A stretch of DNA of 64,000 nt from Vermamoeba vermiformis (lineage: Eukaryota), in the NCBI GenBank assembly GCA_045837725.1, contig JBEWZL010000238.1, positions 124,001 to 188,000 of the forward strand, given 5' to 3'. The notes under the pieces are model-generated. The model was given only the letters and a program-made list of their open reading frames with translations. It made no database searches and was not told the DNA's origin. Shown one piece after another: positions 38,412 through 51,018 of the stretch (positions are counted from its first letter, which is position 1; each line of letters begins with the position of its first letter). The position numbers were made by a program, and so were the translations under genes.

Positions 38412-38763
38412 TGCTTGGACATTAAAACGAAACTTCAGTGATGCTTTAATAGTTAACGAGTTTAGTTGATTTATTGTTCATTAAATAATGAATGTGACAG
38501 AGTTAAAATTGCTGGTCGTTCGTTAACAAATTTTGTAATTTGGCAAATAAAATTTTGTTCGTGTTCTATAAGTTGCTTGATATGAGAGCGATCAAATAGT
38601 ATCAGTTGTTTGGTCCCCCATCGTCAATAAACGTTGTTTTGTTATTTTTCTTGTTAATTGCGTTCATTATTGCTCAACATTAATCTCTGCTTCTTTGAAC
38701 TCTCATCACGTTTCCTTTTTGCAGTTGCATTCTAACCAAACTTAATAGCGTTCACATAGCATG

Positions 38764-39792
38764 TTAGATACATACCCGATCATACCAGTATTCATCTATG
38801 GCATTAACCACAGCGTGGTTGTTTCTCTCTCTCCAAGACAGGGTGTGTGGAAGAATAAATTCGATTTTGCCAGCAAAATTCGCATGTTTTAGCACTGCTA
38901 TTGCGATATCTGGTAGGTCATTAACGGAAGCTGCTTCAAACAGTGTTTCAAGATTGGAACTTGAAGAAATCTCGAAATTTTTGTAGAGCCATTGTATCAC
39001 GTCTTTTTGCCGCCGAAAACTTGCTACATGAATTGCCGAGCCAACAGCTGATGAAGGTATGACAGGGGCAATACTGACCAAATACTTCATTATTTCCAAG
39101 TGTCCATGCTCTGCAGCTTGCCAAAATGCTTTAAAATCTCCTGCGGAGATATCAACTCGTGGATCTGCCACCAGCTGTTTCACAATTGATAAATTACCGA
39201 CTCTTGCAGCAGTTATAACAGGTTCGTTGCTTGTTGGTTCATCAAACGGCTCACACCATTCTATCGTAGTGAGCGGCGCTGAAGGATCAACTCGCGAATC
39301 TTTCATCAGGATGTCAAACAGTTCAGAATTGTTGACTGCTATTGCTGCAACCAAGGCTTCATTGTTGTTCATCGCTGGATCTGCTCCTTTTGCTAATAAC
39401 ATCTTGGCGAGTTTGTTGGCTTGGGCTGTAATCGCTACTGCAAGAGGAGTAGTAGACGGCTGCGAGTCATTGTACAGCTTCTGGTTGACATTAAAATGTG
39501 GATGCGTCACGAGTTGGTCTAAAAGATTTTCGTTCCCCAACTCGACGGCTACTCGAAATACTTCGTTATCATCATAACCTGGAAATCTGTCAGTCAGTGA
39601 GAGGAGCACGGAGGCAGATTGTACAGCATTGTCGCGAATCAAATTTGTTAAGAGAGTCGTGAATCGATGTGGATCTGTTGGAGCTAAGCGGATGAGGGAA
39701 ACGCGCTGGTAGTAATGCGAAACGGATAAAAAGTGTATCGGCGTTAGCAGTGCAATATGGTGAGCAATTATTTCTTGTGGCAAAGACTCCAT
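38764..39792 (-). CDS. Ankyrin-repeat protein with F-box-like N-terminus, single exon
   Basis: MESLPQEIIAHHI; ankyrin repeats of the AA..G.L.IVK.LV.DPRVD.SA type. Confidence 0.85.
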   Translation of the reverse strand: MESLPQEIIAHHIALLTPIHFLSVSHYYQRVSLIRLAPTDPHRFTTLLTNLIRDNAVQSASVLLSLTDRFPGYDDNEVFRVAVELGNENLLDQLVTHPHFNVNQKLYNDSQPSTTPLAVAITAQANKLAKMLLAKGADPAMNNNEALVAAIAVNNSELFDILMKDSRVDPSAPLTTIEWCEPFDEPTSNEPVITAARVGNLSIVKQLVADPRVDISAGDFKAFWQAAEHGHLEIMKYLVSIAPVIPSSAVGSAIHVASFRRQKDVIQWLYKNFEISSSSNLETLFEAASVNDLPDIAIAVLKHANFAGKIEFILPHTLSWRERNNHAVVNAIDEYWYDRVCI

Positions 39793-40313
39793 CAAACCTA
39801 AAATATTAGAAAATAATGAGGCATTATAATATTATAAAATTGCGATATTAATCAGAATTTAATTTGACCGCTTTATTAGTTTGTAATTTGTAGAATTAAT
39901 TGAGTTAATTATTAATTATTATTTTGGATGCGCAACAAGCAGACTTCCATAATTGACTTAAAACGGCTATTAGCGAGACCAATAAAAGCAATCTAAGGCA
40001 AAATCATTCAGCGACGTACCTAGGAAGGAATGGTGTTTTAACCTCGGCAAATAACAGTTGTAAGAGTAGTTTCATTAACCAGAAGATTATAATTTGACGT
40101 GTGACAGATGAGTTCAGATTGTGTTTGAGTTAAATAATTCATTTATATTAAACCATTCCCGATAACAACAAAAATGCACTTGCGTATTAACGTGTTCGGA
40201 ATTTACGCACGCGAAAAATTTCGTGACCTTCTGTGACTTGATTCCATTATCTTTGGTAAACAGTAGAACCACTATTCCGATTATCTACGACATATTAATG
40301 GTAACTATTGTGA

Positions 40314-42567
40314 ATGGAGGTAAGTGAGCGAAGATATTCGTAATTTATTTTTAAATGCGCTAGAATTAACTTAAATTCTCAGTAACGACATTTAAAAATA
40401 TTGTTGCATTTATATATATAATTCGCCGAATAATAATCCAATATTTAAAAGGAGTTAAACGAATCTGCTTCCGTTCTTGCTTTACCAAGGGACGTATGGA
40501 GCGTAATAATTAAAGAACTTAATCTATACGACACAGTATTTGTTCGAGCAACGAGCAAATGGTTGAATAATTTATGCAAAGAATTTCATCCGTTTCCAAA
40601 GCACCACGTGCTGGATCAAACTAAGTGCATGGCCTATTTGGTTGAAAATGGCTCTACGTCATGTTTAGAATATGTCAAACATGCTCTACACTTTGAATGG
40701 AGTGAAGAACAATCCTCAGCGGCAGCACGATCCGGTCGAGTGGATGTGCTGAAATTCCTTCGTGATAACGGCTGTCCGTTCAACAATCAAACAGTGCTAT
40801 TAGAGTGCACGAAGGGCACGTGTGATATTAATATGATCAAATACTTGCACGAGAGCGGGGTGCCATGGAAGCAGGAAGATCCGATAACAAAGAAAAGACG
40901 AACTTCATTCTTCAGTGGTGGACTTAGTGAACGAAACAATACCGAGCAAATAGTCGCGGAGAATATGGCATTTCACGGACATTTAGATTGCCTCAAATAC
41001 GCCGTTGAGAACGGAATTGAAGAGAAACGGATCTGGTACACACCATCGATCGAATGCTTGGACTTTGTGATTGCAAATAATTTTGATTGGAAAGGTATTG
41101 AATCACGTGATCTAGGCACGAAGGGCATCCCACAAGCTGTCAAGTTAAGCATTTGCGAAGAGGCTGCAAAGCGTGGTACGTACCAACTTCGAACTCACCT
41201 CTTTCAAACCATATTTCACGTCACTACAAACGTATTTTACAATAATATTTTACCCATAATATATCATTGGGACCTTTTATAATTAACCATGATTATACTG
41301 TGCTCGATGAATTTGGCAGGTTGTAGTAACGATCGAAACTACACCTCACGCGATGTTTTTGTCGCGAAATTTCTGATATTTTACCATTGAATAGCCTTCG
41401 TAAAGTTATTTACGTTACTAATTTATGCACATAATTGATTTATATTTGAATTTTTGATACTGACACTATTCTTTTTCAGGCGACTTAACGATGCTTCAGT
41501 ATGCTCACCAAAACGGAGCACCGTTTCAAGACAGTGCTTCTATGGCTGCGGCAGGAGGACACTTAGACTGTCTCAAATACATCCTCGAGAATGAACCAAA
41601 CAAGCGTCGAAGGCCAATAGGTGCGAAGACTCTCGAATGTTTCAAATACTTGTTGGAGAAGCTCGGCCAAGAGGTGATGTTTATCAATCCCGATTATGCG
41701 TGGACACCAGCTGTCCGTGAATCGGTTGAATATCTTCAGTACTTACACGACATCAATATGCCATTGCCAACGCGTCAGTATCTCCGAGAAAGGCTGTTAG
41801 GAGCAACAATTTGGTCCGTTGACATGTTCAAGTTTGCGCTTGACGTTCTTAAACTCTCGTTCACTGAACAAAGTTTATACTTGGCAAGTGCAAGTACGGC
41901 TAACCTGGATGTGCTCAAGTTCGTCAAGGAACGAAATTTGCATTCGGGTTCACCGGATCTCTACAGTCCCCAAGTAATTGCGAATATTATAAGAGAGTCT
42001 CTGTGCTCCAAGAAAATTGAGTGCCTCCAGTTTATTTGGGATCAGTTTCCGAATAAGGAAGGTGTCAATTTGGAGCAATGTTTGCACGAAGCAGCGTTGA
42101 TGGCAACACCTGAAATTCTCGCATTTTTCACTGAACATGGCGCACAATGGACTTCAAATCACCTCGTGGCAACATCTGAAAGAGGAAACTTGCCAGCTAT
42201 GGCATATTTGACGCGGATCGGTTGTAAGTTGTGTTCGTTTCTCTGAAACAATGCTTATTGTACACACAGGTCAATGGAACGACGCAAAATGTTCTATGGC
42301 CAGTCCAGTGTGCGTTAAGTATGCAAAGGAGCATGGATGCGTCAATTTTTCATGAACGAGATCTTGGTATCCAAGTAACCTTACCAACCTATCCTGTCTT
42401 CAAAAGTCAAGAATAGTAGTAATAGTGCAGGTGTTCGTGCCGCTATCTATAACAACGTTTGGCCTCAATCCGGCCAAGTTCACGTAAGTATATTTTTGCT
42501 ATTTTTGTCGTTAATTAACCTGTCTATTAGATATCCTACACCTAATGGTTATAATGCATTTGGCTGA
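40314..42567 (+). CDS. F-box plus degenerate ankyrin-repeat protein (AAxxGHLDCLKY..ENGCPW type)
   Basis: LALPRDVWSVII...RATSKW F-box; repeats AARSGRVDVLKFLRDNGCPF, AAAGGHLDCLKYILEN, MAFHGHLDCLKYAVENG. Confidence 0.8.
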
Positions 42568-42863
42568 ATGCGATGAATCAATTGTGCTATTTTTCTAATC
42601 ACAAAGAATCAACTTTCAGATCGGATTCGAATCTTCAAACGCACCTGCGAGAACAATTGCAGCAGATTGAAGATTGTGATCGTGCAGAATTAATACAAAC
42701 GGTGTGAACCGTTCAGAAAACTCGAGTTTGATTCGTTTTCAGAATTGTTGAAGAATTCAGCGGATTCGGTTCTGCAAGAATGAACGGCAAACAGCGACTA
42801 TTTAAGCAGCATTTTTTGGCTAGTTTAGTTCATTCAAAAACTAATCAACGAAGAGCAACACAA

Positions 42864-45332
42864 ATGGCTAATACTCACACGAAGACTCTTTTCGCAATTC
42901 TTTTCCTCGTGGTGTTGGCAACATCCGCATCTGCCTCTTCGGTCAAAGCTCCAAGTCGGTTCAATAGGCTCACCGTATGGTCTGACTGGGTCGATCAAAT
43001 GCGCACGTCAATTCTTTCGTCTATTGGATGGGACTCGTACGGCATAAATCAACGCAACTTTACGCATCCAAAAGACATTAAATTCGATTGGAAAAATATG
43101 GCTCAATTAGGCCTGCCTGAAGGATACGAACTCGATGAAACTTGCAAGACGTTCGGTAAGTCTAACAATAGTTTAATTTAAGGGCGGATCTAACTATTTT
43201 TTGCAGAGAATTTCTTCTACAGAACGTTAGAAGGTCATTGCAACTGGCCAATGAAGGGCGAGATCGATTTTGGCAAGCTTGATACTTGTTTCTTCCGTGA
43301 CCACAATGACACGTACTTTCAAGACCAAGTAAGCTTTTTACGAATAAGATCAATTTTTTGGATGTCGATCTGACTTTTATTTCAAAGATTTCTAAGCCAC
43401 GAGAAGGACCCAACCCTAGATTACTAAGCAATCTGTTATTTAAAAAGGTAAGCCTATTTCTTTTTTCATTCTTTCGGTTCAGATCGAATCGTTCGGCGGA
43501 AAAACTTGGATCTCATTCTCAATTTTGCACAGACAACCGACAAACAAGAATACGAACATACCCCTATTCTCGTTGGATTCGTAGAGTTTGTCATTCATGA
43601 TTTGGTCTTTTCTATGCCTTCAAATGAAATTATCGAGATCCCCATTCCAAAGTGCGACGAAGCGTTCGATCCAGAGTGCCACGGCAACAAGAGTATGAAA
43701 GTTCGAAGATCAGTAGCGATGGAGGGTACCGGCACTGACCCGTCTAACCCCCGCATGACGAAGAACGGCGTGACTAGTTGGCTGGACATGTCTGCACTTT
43801 ACGGCAGCACACCTGATGTCGCAAGAAAACTCCGTGCTTTCAAAAGCGGAAAAATGTTGACTCAGATCGGTCCTGATGGCAGAGAATATCCTCCGTATAA
43901 TACTGAGGGCGTACAAATGTTCGGACATCATCGCGATCCGTCCAAGGTCTTTATGTTCGGAGATCCCCGAGGTAAGTTGCAGAACATCAAAAATAATTAT
44001 AAAACATTTCGTTAATAATGAACGTATATTAATTAAATGTTAGGTAATCAAGACTGGCTCTTGATCGCCGTTCAAACTTTACTTTTGCGCGAACACAACA
44101 GACTTTGCGACATTATTGAGGCCCAATTTCCTTACTGGGACGATCAAACTATCTACGAGTTTGCACGCGTTGCCATGTCCGTCAAGTACCAAATGATCGC
44201 CAACACTTATCAACAAGCCTATTTCACTGAAGAAATGCCACATCCGTGGGTCGACGGAGTTCCTTTGTTCCGCCAATGGCACGGCAAAAACGCCTTGCAA
44301 ATGAACGCTGTCACGTCATTCCCGTTCTGGCCTGGCCTTGTCAACAGAAAGCCTGTCACGAGCTCCGAAGAAATGACCATCGGGTACAGATTCCACGAGA
44401 TCTTGCCCGTCACAGTGCCACTCATCAATCAGACTGGTCATACCATTGATCAATGTCATCTCGTCAAGACAGCATTTGACAGTGAAGGATTCATGCACGC
44501 AGGACTTGAGAATGTTTTGCGTGGCATGGCGACAACTCAGATCCCGAGATTTCACACCGGCACTAGCGACGAATACCGCAACATGAAATTCAACTTTGGT
44601 GACCCCAGTGACGTCCGATATTACGACCTCGTGGCCCAGACCATCATCCACGAGCGTGAAAGAGGATTGCCAACGTTCAATCAGTACTACGCCAAGTACA
44701 CTGGCAAGCCAGCCGTCAAGCCCCGCAAGACATTCGCGGAATTTTCATCGAATCCTGAAGTCGTCAAGATTTTGGAGTCATTGTACAATCATCCTGATGA
44801 CGTGGATCTGACCGTCGGGCAATACCTCGACGAAGATCTGTACCCTGGCACTACTGTCCCACGCAGCCAATTGATCACGTCATTATTCTCGTTGTTCGCA
44901 GTGGGAGTTAGCGACAGATTCAGCGCCGCTTACAGTTCTGTCAAGTGCATTCCGTTCATTGGCACGCAAACTTTTTTCACGTGCACACCTTCCAACGCAC
45001 TCGAGTACCTCTTGTGGACCCCGCACAGCTTCATGGGCCTCAAGTACCATTGGTTCGACTCGTTTTGGTTCAAAGAGCTTAACATTCACGATTACGGCTA
45101 CAGCGCTCTTTGGCGCCTGATCACGGAAAACTCCGACGTGAAATGTTTGCAGAAAGATCCGTTGTACCCTGCAGACCCCGTCACGAACCCCGTCGTGTGC
45201 TCATTGGACGAATTTTATCCTTTCTCAGCCACTTGGACTTATTTCTTCTTGACGAAGGCTGCTCCCGTGTTCATTTTCATTACCGCGATCTTAGCCATCA
45301 GATCCGTCAGACCTCAAGTAGAAAAAGTCTAA
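42864..45332 (+). CDS. Heme peroxidase-cyclooxygenase superfamily protein with signal peptide and C-terminal TM
   Basis: EFVIHDL (distal His), NGVTSWLDMSALYGS, GDPRGNQ, LLREHNRLC, GYRFHEILP (proximal His), RERGLPTFNQY, VDLTVG. Confidence 0.9.
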
Positions 45333-45422
45333 AAATCACTTGTACATCACTTTCAGCATGTTAATAAAGTTTATTCTATTTACAACGAACAAATAATAAA
45401 TCGTCTGACTAGATCTGATGAC

Positions 45423-46601
45423 TTAGTACTCGGAATAACGTTGCTCAGCAAATGCTTCGGCAACATTATGGTATCCTCGCGTCTCCCAGCTGGTGATAAT
45501 TGGATTAGAAAAGGAAAAAAGATGCATTAAGACGGACGCCGATAAAAAATTCGAACTTACAATCCAGGCTTGTCTTCAGCTGAAAATTCAAGTTGCACCA
45601 AGAATTTAGAACCTTTCCAACCGTACAAGTGCGGTATTATCTGTAAAAATATCGTGAGCACAGAAGATCAATGATTTTTTTGTTCGTTACCATGCGAATA
45701 CCACCATGTTCAGCGCTCAACGGCTCGCCTTCATATTCAAATGCGATGAAACAGTCCTCGCGCTCAACATCTTCTCGGCGGACCTAATTAACGTTCATCA
45801 TTAGTTATCGATCTAATAGCAATAGCTGGTATATTTATAGGTTCAAAGTCATGGGGTCACGTACATTCGTGGAATAATGATCGGCGCCGTATTGAATGAG
45901 ATATTTCCAGTCTGGCTTCGGATTAACGAACTTGATTAAATCGAGCATTGGAACACCAGCCCACTTCATATCTAATTTGGACCACGTGGTTACCTAAAAA
46001 AGGAAATTAATGGATGCGAAATTATTTTCATTGAGAGCAGAAGCACTAACACAGTGGAAGTCAGTAGTGAATTTCTTGACACCTATTTTCTTTAATTCTG
46101 CGAATGAGAGTGTCAAAGGCTCTTCGACTAAGCCAGTAATGGTCAGCTTCCACGTATCCAGATCCAGTTTGGGTGTTCTGCCAATATCCATCACAGGCCA
46201 TCTTTTGGTAAGTTTCTGACCTACATACAGTGCTTTTATCAATATTATGCTTTAAAAATAGATTTAAACAGAAAATCGAATAATTTATCGGAGCTCTATT
46301 TTTGCTTGCGTTTGATTTGACAGACAAATATTTTACCAAAATATTCGATATTACGATAAATATTTTTTCACCGTAATTTACCTGGTGGAACGCGAGATGT
46401 GCCAGAAGGTTTAGATTTGCCTTTTTTCTTCAAGGCTTTCAATGTAGCTTCTTTATTCGATATAGCTTTATTAAAATTTTCATCGTTAGTGTTAGACTCG
46501 GTATTTTGAGTCGTTTCTGTCTCTTCAGAGCCAGATTTCTCTTCCGAACTTTCGTTCTCGACATCCGAGTCAATTTGCGGACCACTCTCTAGCTGACCCA
46601 T
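45423..46601 (-). CDS. Sulfite-oxidase-family molybdopterin oxidoreductase, YuiH/MsrP-like, single domain
   Basis: RVPPGQ..TKRWPV, DFHCVTTWS (Mo-ligating Cys), PLSAEHGG.RMIIPHLYGWKGSK, GFWETRGYH; multiple introns. Confidence 0.88.
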
Positions 46602-46785
46602 TGTTGTGTTGATGCTCTTAGTTACAAGTCTGAAACAATTTTACCATTTTGAAATGGTTGAGGTCGCGCGCGGAGTTCGGCAAGCTCAAAATGGGAAAAA
46701 TCCCGAACCGTGAAATTTAAACTTTATTGATTTATTCTATTGTTTCTAACACTACATATTAATCTGATCTTTCATAACTGAAGAC

Positions 46786-48388
46786 CTATTTGAGTTCGGG
46801 CAGGATTTTGGCGCTGTTTTGTTCGCGATCGAAGTAGATCAAGTACGACTTCGCTGTCGAGGTCAATTGCTCGCCTAACGCGTCAAATTTCGCTTTGACT
46901 GGTTCATATTTACTACTGCTATCTTCTTTAGCAACATGAGCTGTTATAACGTCTTTGATCTTGGTAAGAAGGCTTCTTGATTTTTCTTCGTTATTCGCGA
47001 GCTGTTTGACGTGTTCAGTGAAATCTAAAATATCTTTAATTTCATCAGACGCTGCTTTTAATCGTCTTTCATTCAATGGTAATGTCGTAGGAGTCCATTG
47101 TTTGTCTTTTTGGACGATCAGGTTTAGCAGGATCACTTTCAATCTATGCGCACAAATGCTCTGTTCAATGATTGGCCCACACTTCTCGAAATTCTTTTCG
47201 TCTATTTTTGTTTTCTTAGAAACCAAGTCGTCCAATTCTTGTCGCTTCATTTTAAGTGCTAATTTTGTTTCTTCGGCTAACTCTTTGCAGATCTGCTCGA
47301 CAAAACTGAGCTGGTTAATAAAACATTGCTTTTCTAAATCTCCAGCAGGGTTTTTAACACTTGAATAATCGACTAGCGCGCAAAAATCCTCCATTAATTC
47401 CCACAATTTAGTATGGCAGGTGTTGAATCTAGCGAGTGACTTGATCTCCAAATGATTGATGATTGCTTGTAGTTGCTGTTGTATTTCTGATAGCTGCTTA
47501 TTAATCGTACGAAGATAGAATTGAAAGGTAACCATGCTGAGGACTGCAAACGTGGTTGAAATTGCCGTAGTTGCAGCAGATCCAACCTGTTTGATGTTTG
47601 CAGAACCCACATAGCCACCTTTTTCAGACAATGAAGTCGTAGCACCATCGCCACAGCGGGAAAGATATATATCGCCACGAGCAAATCTTTCCGCTAAAAC
47701 TGGATCCGGGATGTACAGGCGGTACAATCCGTTTTGCTGCATTTGATTTATCAATGGCTGCAGTGCATTCGGCAACGCAAATGCATGTGCCATAACCATT
47801 TGTCGGGTACTATCGGATACGTCCTCCGTTTTAAGTGACACAAGCTGAAATCCACTCTCGAACAGATCTGCGATTAGAACGTCAATAACTAAACGACCAA
47901 TCGTTTCTAAGAAATTTTTCTGTGAAATTGCTAGTTACCTGTGGGCGCAGAAGAAGGCGAGACCGCTACAGATTTATCCGGATTCACGGCGATCTGATGG
48001 GTTTTCGCAAACTTTTTCTTCTTCTTTTTAGGTGCGGGGCCTTTAGGTGTTGACGCAATATTAGTGGTACCACTACCAGTAGTCTCGAGAGTCGATTCAT
48101 TCGTGTTGGGTGTCACGGGTGCATCTGGCATGGACACCTTTGCTTTGGGACGAGGAAGCCCTTGTTTTAGATGCAGTTTTTTTGGAACAGAAGGCTTTGC
48201 AACAGAGGTGCTTCCGCTGGTGGCAACAGGCCTTACGTTCCAATTCAAAAATTTAGTAATCGAAAAACAAAATTGGATTTGGGAAGCTTTTAATGTTACC
48301 TTGCAGTATGTGACGATACATCAATTGTAGAATTAGTTTCTACGACTTGAGAATTTTCTGTAATGTTCTGTTGGCTTTGGGTGCTCAT
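46786..48388 (-). CDS. Hypothetical protein: low-complexity N-terminus, hydrophobic hairpin, long coiled-coil helices
   Basis: Three exons, with the 351-aa ORF as the last; motif AISTTFAVLSMVTFQFYLRTINKQLSEIQQQLQAIINHLE. Confidence 0.65.
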
Positions 48389-48612
48389 GGAGTAAAAGTA
48401 ATGGATCTACGAGCTGCAATCCGCAAGATTAACGATGATCCTTTTATAGTTTACGTCATAAATAATATTAAAAATGCTGGCTGAGCTGAGTATTTTATGG
48501 TCGGCGCAACACGCCGTGTTACACGTCAAATCATTTCAATTGAAAATTCGCAAAAATTGCCCACGGTGATGTCCCTTTGCTATTTAGCAATATTGACAAC
48601 GTCTAATGCACG

Positions 48613-50788
48613 ATGGAAGTCAATGAATCAAAGCCGTTGCTTGGCTCAGGTAAACTGCAACCCTAGTCCGCCAATCTGAGCTCATCTTTCATTTAAGGTC
48701 AAAAGCCGATATTATGGCCAAAATATCTTATATTCTTCCTCGTCGGAGTTCTAATAGCAAGTATCGCATTTGGCATTGCATTATACGTCTACATTCAGGA
48801 GAGTAAGTATTATCCAGAAATATTCAATCAGATGCGTTACTGAAACAGTTTTGCAAGCATTTTATTACCATAAATTACGCATTATTTTTTAAATTTAATT
48901 TTATTGATCGTAATCATAATTATTTAACGAAAGATTTTTAGATCCCAACACGCCAAACAATACCAACGGAGATTTATGGACTAACGTGCCTCAATTTGGA
49001 CGTGATTTTCGCGATAGATTTTTTTATATTGATCCAAAAGGTAATTACTTTTATTCACTGAAAGGTTGCGGGAAGAATCAGATCCAAATCCGGAACCACG
49101 ACTTAATTTTTGAAATATTGAGTACCATATCTTTACTTATATTATATTTAAGATATTATGATCAATCACGGCAGCTACGGCGCAATTCCAAGGCCAGTCA
49201 TGGAACGGATCGATTTTTATCAACGCCAAGCCCAATTAAACACGCAAAATTGGTTCAGTTATAACGCTAGGTAAAATAACATTAATATTAAATTTATTAG
49301 TATAATAATAATAACAACAGAACACCATTAAAAAGTTTTCAGTTTCAGTTTTTCATTTCCATTTTTAGACCGAAAGCACGTGATGTCCGAAGCGAGCTAT
49401 CCGAGTACATTCACGCCAACCAATCAAATGTCGTGCTCGTTGAAAATGCGTCAGACGGTGTGAATGCAGTCATCAGATCCATCAACTTCAAACAAAATGA
49501 CACTGTGTTGCAGCTCAGCATTGCTTACGGTACGTTCAAGTGCATCTAAATTTCCTTATTTGGATATTATACACGGTGCTTTAATTAAAAATCTGCAACG
49601 TTCTCGGTGACACGTGTCATTAGATATTTTTCACGTGTCAAAGTAGATCTGTTGTTAATCGTTTCCAAATTTAGGCATGGTCAAAGAATCGATCAAATTC
49701 GCTCAAAATCGATGGGGATTCAATTTGCTCGATGTTGTCGTACCGTTCCCAACCGATGAAGCTAAGGTAACAAAAAAAATATCTTTGCCACAATTTTTTC
49801 GCGGACCTAAAACTGACTTTGCAATAGATTCTGGCCCTGGTAGAAGACACTTTGAACAATCACCCGATTACATTTGCAGTTTTTGATCACATTGCCAGCA
49901 CACCAGCAGTGACATTGCCGATCAAACAAATCATTCAAATGGCGCGACAACGCGGTGTTTTGACACTTATTGACGGAGCTCATGCAATCGGACAAGTCCC
50001 GCTCAACATGACGGATTTAGACCCCGACTTCTACGTCTCTAATACCCATAAATGGTATGCATAGTGTCACTTACAATAGACTGTTATTAACGGCAACATG
50101 GACCTGCAGGTTGTATGCGGGATTGGGCAGTGCATTTTTGTACGTCAGATCCGAACTCCAACACTTGATTCATCCAAATATTATTTCATTTGGCTATCTG
50201 AAAGGATTCGAGGTACATTATATTTCTATTGTGGGCCCTGCGCACGAGTACTTAATGACATTTCCAAATATAGCAAGAGTTTGAGTGGGTCGGAACACGT
50301 GACTTTTCATCGTGGCTGTCGATTTCAGACGCGTTAGAGTTCCGCAAGAATTTGACCGAAGAAAAAATTTTGTCGTGGAACAACGAGCTGTGCCGCAAAG
50401 CAGGTGATATGCTCGTGAATGAATGGAACACTTCCACGCCGTTCCCATTCTCAATGATGCACGCGCTAGTCACTGTTCGAGTGCCGTGCAGTGTTAACGA
50501 GACGATTGCCAAAAATGGAAATAACACGGTGTGCTATGATTGGCCACTCGGAAGTTTCACAAATTACTTGTTGAACTTGGAACACAAAATCTGGGTAAGA
50601 CAGTAGCACCTAGTTATATAATTACTTATATTATGATCGAATAGGTTCCGTTCTTTGAGATTGAAGGTGTTCGTTATGTCCGGATCAGTTGCCAGATCTA
50701 CAACCAATTTGAAGATTACGAGGCACTGAAAGACGCTTATTTCAATTTTGTCAAAGATAATCACTTGCAAATTGTTCATAACCTGTAG
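48613..50788 (+). CDS. PLP-dependent class V aminotransferase-fold lyase (L-cysteine desulfhydrase/Egt2/isopenicillin N epimerase-like) with N-terminal TM anchor
   Basis: INHGSYGAIP, VENASDGVN, FDHIAS, LIDGAHAIGQ, FYVSNTHKW (PLP Lys), FEWVGTRDFS, VRISCQIYN; exons 1-2 give MEVNESKPLL...YLIFFLVGVLIASIAFGIALYVYI. Confidence 0.88.
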
Positions 50789-51018
50789 AATAGACCCAGT
50801 ACAAATTAAATTACTGCGAGTTTTAGCAAATAGCTGGATCTGATTTTGATCATAAATCAGGTCTGCTCAACAATTAGTAATCTACTTGTATCTTCCAAGA
50901 AACTAAAATGAAGCTTTATTACGTATTTCTTGCATCTGCAATAAGAGATCTGTCCAACAAAAAAAAACACCATGTGATCTACACGACCAAATTAAAACTG
51001 CAGTTCCTCATCGTGTCT

